A DNA stretch of 64,000 bases. It comes from an uncultured Planctomycetaceae bacterium. GTDB lineage: Bacteria > Planctomycetota > Planctomycetia > Isosphaerales > Isosphaeraceae. A program made the position numbers and the translations under genes. Below the pieces are notes generated by a model. The model had not been told where the DNA came from, searched no databases, and was given only the letters and a program-made list of their open reading frames with translations. Numbering within the stretch: position 1 is the stretch's first letter; the number at the start of each line of letters is the position of its first letter. Positions 60,437 through 64,000 of the stretch are shown in pieces. The stretch is from contig CAWIAD010000002.1 in assembly GCA_963833985.1 (NCBI GenBank), positions 3,104,001 through 3,168,000 on the forward strand. Reading direction: 5' to 3'.

Positions 60437-62491
60437 TCAATCGGCCTCGAACTCCTCCAGCGGCCGGACCGCCGGCGGCTTGACGGTCCTGGAAGGGGCC
60501 GCCGGGGTTGCCTCATCGGGAACGCGGCTGACCTGCGGGACCAGCTCGTCGATGGCCACGTCCCAGGTCACGTGGCCGATTGCCACCACCGCGGTCTTCT
60601 TGCGTGAGTCGAGCTTCACGATCCGGCCAGGCCGGTCGTAGCCCAGGCGGGGGACCACCACGCGGTCCCCTGGCTGGAGCCGGGCGCGGGCATCGGCCAG
60701 CAGCTCCTCGCGCCGGGCCTCGCGCTGAAGGTCCGCCAGCCGCTGTCCGAGTGCCTCGCGCGAGCGCTCGGCCTCGGCCTGGGCGGCCAGCGCGGACTGG
60801 CGTGCGTCCTCCGCCTCCTTCCTCAGCCGAGCGACCAGCTCCCATTCGGTCGCGACACCCTGCCCGCCGGCCTGTTCAAGATAGGCTCCAGCGCGGTCGA
60901 CGACATGCCCGGCGAGCCCGAGCCGCCGGGCGATCTGCAACGCGTTCGACTGGCCGATATCGCCGATGTGCAGGCGGTACCGCGGCTGAAGCGTCTCGAT
61001 GTCGAACTCGACCGCGGCGTTCTCGGCCCGCGGGTTGGCCAGGGCGTATGATTTCAGGTCGCCGATGTGGGTCGTCACCATCGCGCGGCAGCCGATGCTG
61101 TCAAGCTCATCAAGGATGGCTCGCCCCATCGCTGCGCCCTCGGCAGGGTCGGTTCCCGCCCCCAGTTCGTCCAGCAGCACCAGCGAGTGTTCCGTCGCCT
61201 GACCAAGGATCTGCGAGATCCGCCGCACGTGCGACGAGAACGTCGAGAGCGATTGCTCCAGGCTCTGCTCGTCGCCGATATCGGCGAGCACGTGGTCGAA
61301 GACCGGAAGCTGAGAGCCTTCCGCGGCCGGGACATGCAGGCCGCTTTGCGCCATGGCCGCCAGCAGGCCCACGGTCTTGAGCGCGACGGTCTTGCCGCCG
61401 GTGTTCGGACCGGTCACCACCAGGATCTGAAACGAAGAGCCCAGGTGGACATCGATGGGCACGACCGAGCGGCCCGGGCCAGCGCCCGCGGCAGCCGGGA
61501 CAGGCTCCGCCGAGGCCGAGGGTATGGTCGGAGACAGCGCTCCGTCGCGCACGGCGATCGCCTCGAGCAGCGGATGCCTGGCCTGCCGCAGGACGAGCCG
61601 GCCCTGGTCGTTCATGTCCGGTGCCGACATCCGGTAGTCGTGGCTGAAGCGGGCGCGGGCATGGATCAGGTCGAGCTCGGCCATGATCGCCAGCGTCTGC
61701 AAGAGTGCGTCGGCCACCTGACCCACCTGGGCGCTTAGCCAGCGCAAGATCCGCCGCATCTCCTTGGCCTCGCGCGAGCGGAGATACGAAAGCTGTGCCG
61801 ACTGTTCCGAGATCGCCGTCGGTTCGATGTAGACGGTCTCGTTGGTCGCGCTGGAACGCTGGACCGAGCCGGAGAGCTCGCCGCGATGGTCCTTGGCCAC
61901 CGGCAGAACATAATGGTGCCCGACCATCGTGAAGTTGGGGTAGCGGAGGATCCGCTTGATCTCCGGCGAGCGGAGCATGCGGCGCAAAGTCTCCTGGATC
62001 TTCTCCTCGGCCGCGGCGATCTCCCGGCGCAGCATGGAGAGCCTGCGGCTTGCGGTATCGAGCATCTTGGCCCGGCTGTCCAGGCAGCCCTCGATCGCCG
62101 TGGCCACGCCCGAGAACTCGCCCACGCCGTGACGCAGGCCGCCAAGCCGGGGAAACTGCTCGCCGAGCTTTGCCAGCCAGCGGTCCAGGTAGCCGATTGC
62201 CCGCAGCGTCTCGGCGGTCTCGGCCAGCTCTTCCGGCTCGAGCATCGCGCCGACCTGCGCGCGGCGGACGTGGCCGCGAATGTCGTGCAGACCGCCCAGC
62301 GGGGGCGAGAGTCCCGACCGGCTGGCCTCGACCATCTCGGTGGTGAGCGCGTGGCGGCCGTGGATCGCGCCCAGGTCGAACAGCGGCTGCATGGCGAGGG
62401 CGGCTTCCTTCCCCAGCGAACATGCCGCGCGTGCGGCGACCAGCGTGCGGATCCTGTCGAACTCCAGCAGGTCGAGCGTGTGCGTGTCCAT
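60437..62491 (-). CDS. mutS2: MutS2-family ATPase lacking C-terminal Smr domain
   Basis: LDLLEFDRI, TGPNTGGKT, DIGDEQSLEQSLSTFSSH, LDELGAGTDP, TTH; ends after a KOW-like segment. Confidence 0.88.
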   Translation of the reverse strand: MDTHTLDLLEFDRIRTLVAARAACSLGKEAALAMQPLFDLGAIHGRHALTTEMVEASRSGLSPPLGGLHDIRGHVRRAQVGAMLEPEELAETAETLRAIGYLDRWLAKLGEQFPRLGGLRHGVGEFSGVATAIEGCLDSRAKMLDTASRRLSMLRREIAAAEEKIQETLRRMLRSPEIKRILRYPNFTMVGHHYVLPVAKDHRGELSGSVQRSSATNETVYIEPTAISEQSAQLSYLRSREAKEMRRILRWLSAQVGQVADALLQTLAIMAELDLIHARARFSHDYRMSAPDMNDQGRLVLRQARHPLLEAIAVRDGALSPTIPSASAEPVPAAAGAGPGRSVVPIDVHLGSSFQILVVTGPNTGGKTVALKTVGLLAAMAQSGLHVPAAEGSQLPVFDHVLADIGDEQSLEQSLSTFSSHVRRISQILGQATEHSLVLLDELGAGTDPAEGAAMGRAILDELDSIGCRAMVTTHIGDLKSYALANPRAENAAVEFDIETLQPRYRLHIGDIGQSNALQIARRLGLAGHVVDRAGAYLEQAGGQGVATEWELVARLRKEAEDARQSALAAQAEAERSREALGQRLADLQREARREELLADARARLQPGDRVVVPRLGYDRPGRIVKLDSRKKTAVVAIGHVTWDVAIDELVPQVSRVPDEATPAAPSRTVKPPAVRPLEEFEAD

Positions 62492-62632
62492 CTCGTCTCG
62501 CGGCCCGGGATGCGCGGGCGGCCGCTTCCGTCCGAAAGCCGCACGACCCTGCCGGCCCTGTGCCTCTGCCGCGGTGCGCGGAACGGACGGCACCGGGTGG
62601 GCGATCCCGGTTGCAAATCATACCGCATCGGG

Positions 62633-63430
62633 TCAAGGGCGAGCGAGCGGTGCGGAGGTGGCAGAGGCGGGGGTGGAGGCAGAGGCGGAGGCGGAGGGGG
62701 AGGGGGCACGCGCCACAGCGGGGGCCGTGGCGGCGGATTGCGCGGGTGAGCGGGCCGAGAGCGGATCGAGCATGGGCTTGAGCTGCTTTCGCCACTCGGC
62801 GGGGGTGGTGCCGTGATCCTTGCCCGTGAGCTTGCGCAGCGCGGTGAGCGACGCCAGGCGGATGGCCGGGTCGTCGTGGTCCATGTTCTCGACGAGCACG
62901 TGGTAGATCCGCGGGTCCTTGGTTTTGAGCTCGGCGATCCCCTCGATGGCGGCGATCCGCGCGTCTTCGAGGTTATCCAGGGTCATCACCTGGGCAAGGA
63001 TGGTGGCGTCCTCGGATCGGCCCACCTTGCCAAGCGCCCGGCATGCTTCGATCTTGATCACGGGCTCGGCGCTGCTGACCGCGGCGACCAGCAGGTCGTG
63101 CGCGCGGGGGTCACCGAGCTGTCCCAGGGTTCTACAGATCATGGCGCGGGTGGCGAGTGGTTCGTGCCCGTGCTCGTACCGGTCGATGAGGGTCCACACG
63201 GCCTCGGCCTTCTCCTGCTCGCTGTCGTAGGCTCGCGGATCGGCGAGCTTGGTGTACGCGACGTAGCGGATGTTGGGGTCGGGATCGTTGCGGACGTGCT
63301 TCATGAAGCTCTTGGCCGTGGACCCGATGTAGGTCGAGCAGCCGGCGGCCGCCAGCAAGCAGAGTGCCAGCAGGTCGAGGAGCCGAAGGCGGCCAGCCGC
63401 CTGGGTTCTGGAACTTTCATCCATGACCAT
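62633..63430 (-). CDS. HEAT-repeat lipoprotein
   Basis: Lipobox AAAGC; HEAT-like repeats (DPDPNIR, DDPAIRLASLTAL); Ala/Ser/Pro-rich tail. Confidence 0.8.
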   Translation of the reverse strand: MVMDESSRTQAAGRLRLLDLLALCLLAAAGCSTYIGSTAKSFMKHVRNDPDPNIRYVAYTKLADPRAYDSEQEKAEAVWTLIDRYEHGHEPLATRAMICRTLGQLGDPRAHDLLVAAVSSAEPVIKIEACRALGKVGRSEDATILAQVMTLDNLEDARIAAIEGIAELKTKDPRIYHVLVENMDHDDPAIRLASLTALRKLTGKDHGTTPAEWRKQLKPMLDPLSARSPAQSAATAPAVARAPSPSASASASTPASATSAPLARP

Positions 63431-63804
63431 GGACCCTGCCCTCGCAAAACCTGACCGCTCGCCGCTTGCGCGCGGCAGCGTTCGCCACCGCGGGAGCCAG
63501 CATGAATCGCGACCTTGCGGTCTGGCGGCCGGGAACGGGCGAGATGTCAGAACGGGACCGGACCGCAACCGCGCGGGGATCATAGCGGGTGGGCGATGAA
63601 ACGCCAAGGCCGACTTCAGCCGGCCAGTGCGGCACGGCACGGCCAGCGCGGCATCACTCGGCGGCGAGTGAGCCCAAGAGGGGGGTAGACAGGAGGTGCG
63701 GTCGTAAAAGTCGAGGTCGGGCCCGTTCCGTTCAAGCCCGGTCGGAGCGAGCTGCCAGCCTGGCTGACAGCTCGCGACGCGGACCGGCGGCTGCTGTCAC
63801 AGGC

Positions 63805-64000
63805 TCAGCTCGACGGCGGCGAGCTGGACTCGGAGCTCGTCGTCGGGCTGCCCGCTGCGGGCGAGTGCTTCGCTCCCAGCTTGGTGATGTGGTAGCGGAA
63901 CTGGTCGCCCTCTTTCTTGCCCTTCTTCACGAGCTTCTTCTCGAGCAGCAAGCCAAAGGTCTTGGCGTTGCTCTTGGTGCTGACGACGCCCTCTTCCTTG
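63805..64000 (-). CDS. C-terminal part of a small basic protein (possible winged helix), runs off window end
   Basis: Manual translation: KEEGVVSTKSNAKTFGLLLEKKLVKKGKKEGDQFRYHITKLGAKH...SS*. Confidence 0.55.
   Translation of the reverse strand, partial: KEEGVVSTKSNAKTFGLLLEKKLVKKGKKEGDQFRYHITKLGAKHSPAAGSPTTSSESSSPPSS

Noticed and set aside
62655..62710. GGAGGC-type short repeats
   Set aside because: Encode the Ala/Ser/Pro low-complexity tail of the HEAT protein.

Overview
GC-rich bacterial chromosomal window. Gene content (ECF sigma factors with long C-terminal extensions, DUF1570/DUF4058/Uma2-type proteins, HEAT lipoprotein, SLBB polysaccharide-export protein) suggests Planctomycetota, probably Isosphaeraceae-like (inference from family recognition, no search run). 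Most of it is core or envelope/signalling content: comEC fragment, hflK/hflC, two-component clusters, an LPS kinase/GT4/MsbA-like group, a nucleotide-sugar operon, nadA, glgB and a Smr-less MutS2. Three things stand out. (1) A textbook fluoride (crcB) riboswitch with an overlapping intrinsic terminator sits in front of a predicted outer-membrane beta-barrel, not a Fluc/CLC-F exporter. (2) tRNA-Asp(GTC) is followed by two tandem, integrase-less mini-islands (about 1.45 and 1.94 kb). Each ends in a homologous arm plus a duplicated tRNA 3' half and carries small TA-like or unknown cargo. (3) A 750-bp inverted-repeat element with 9-bp periodic arms and nested REP-like repeats lies between an ECF-RND-adaptor fusion gene and a remnant of a paralogue. 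At least seven genes carry frameshifts, three of them best explained by the same GCGC(GC) 2-bp loss; these are most likely sequencing/assembly errors.
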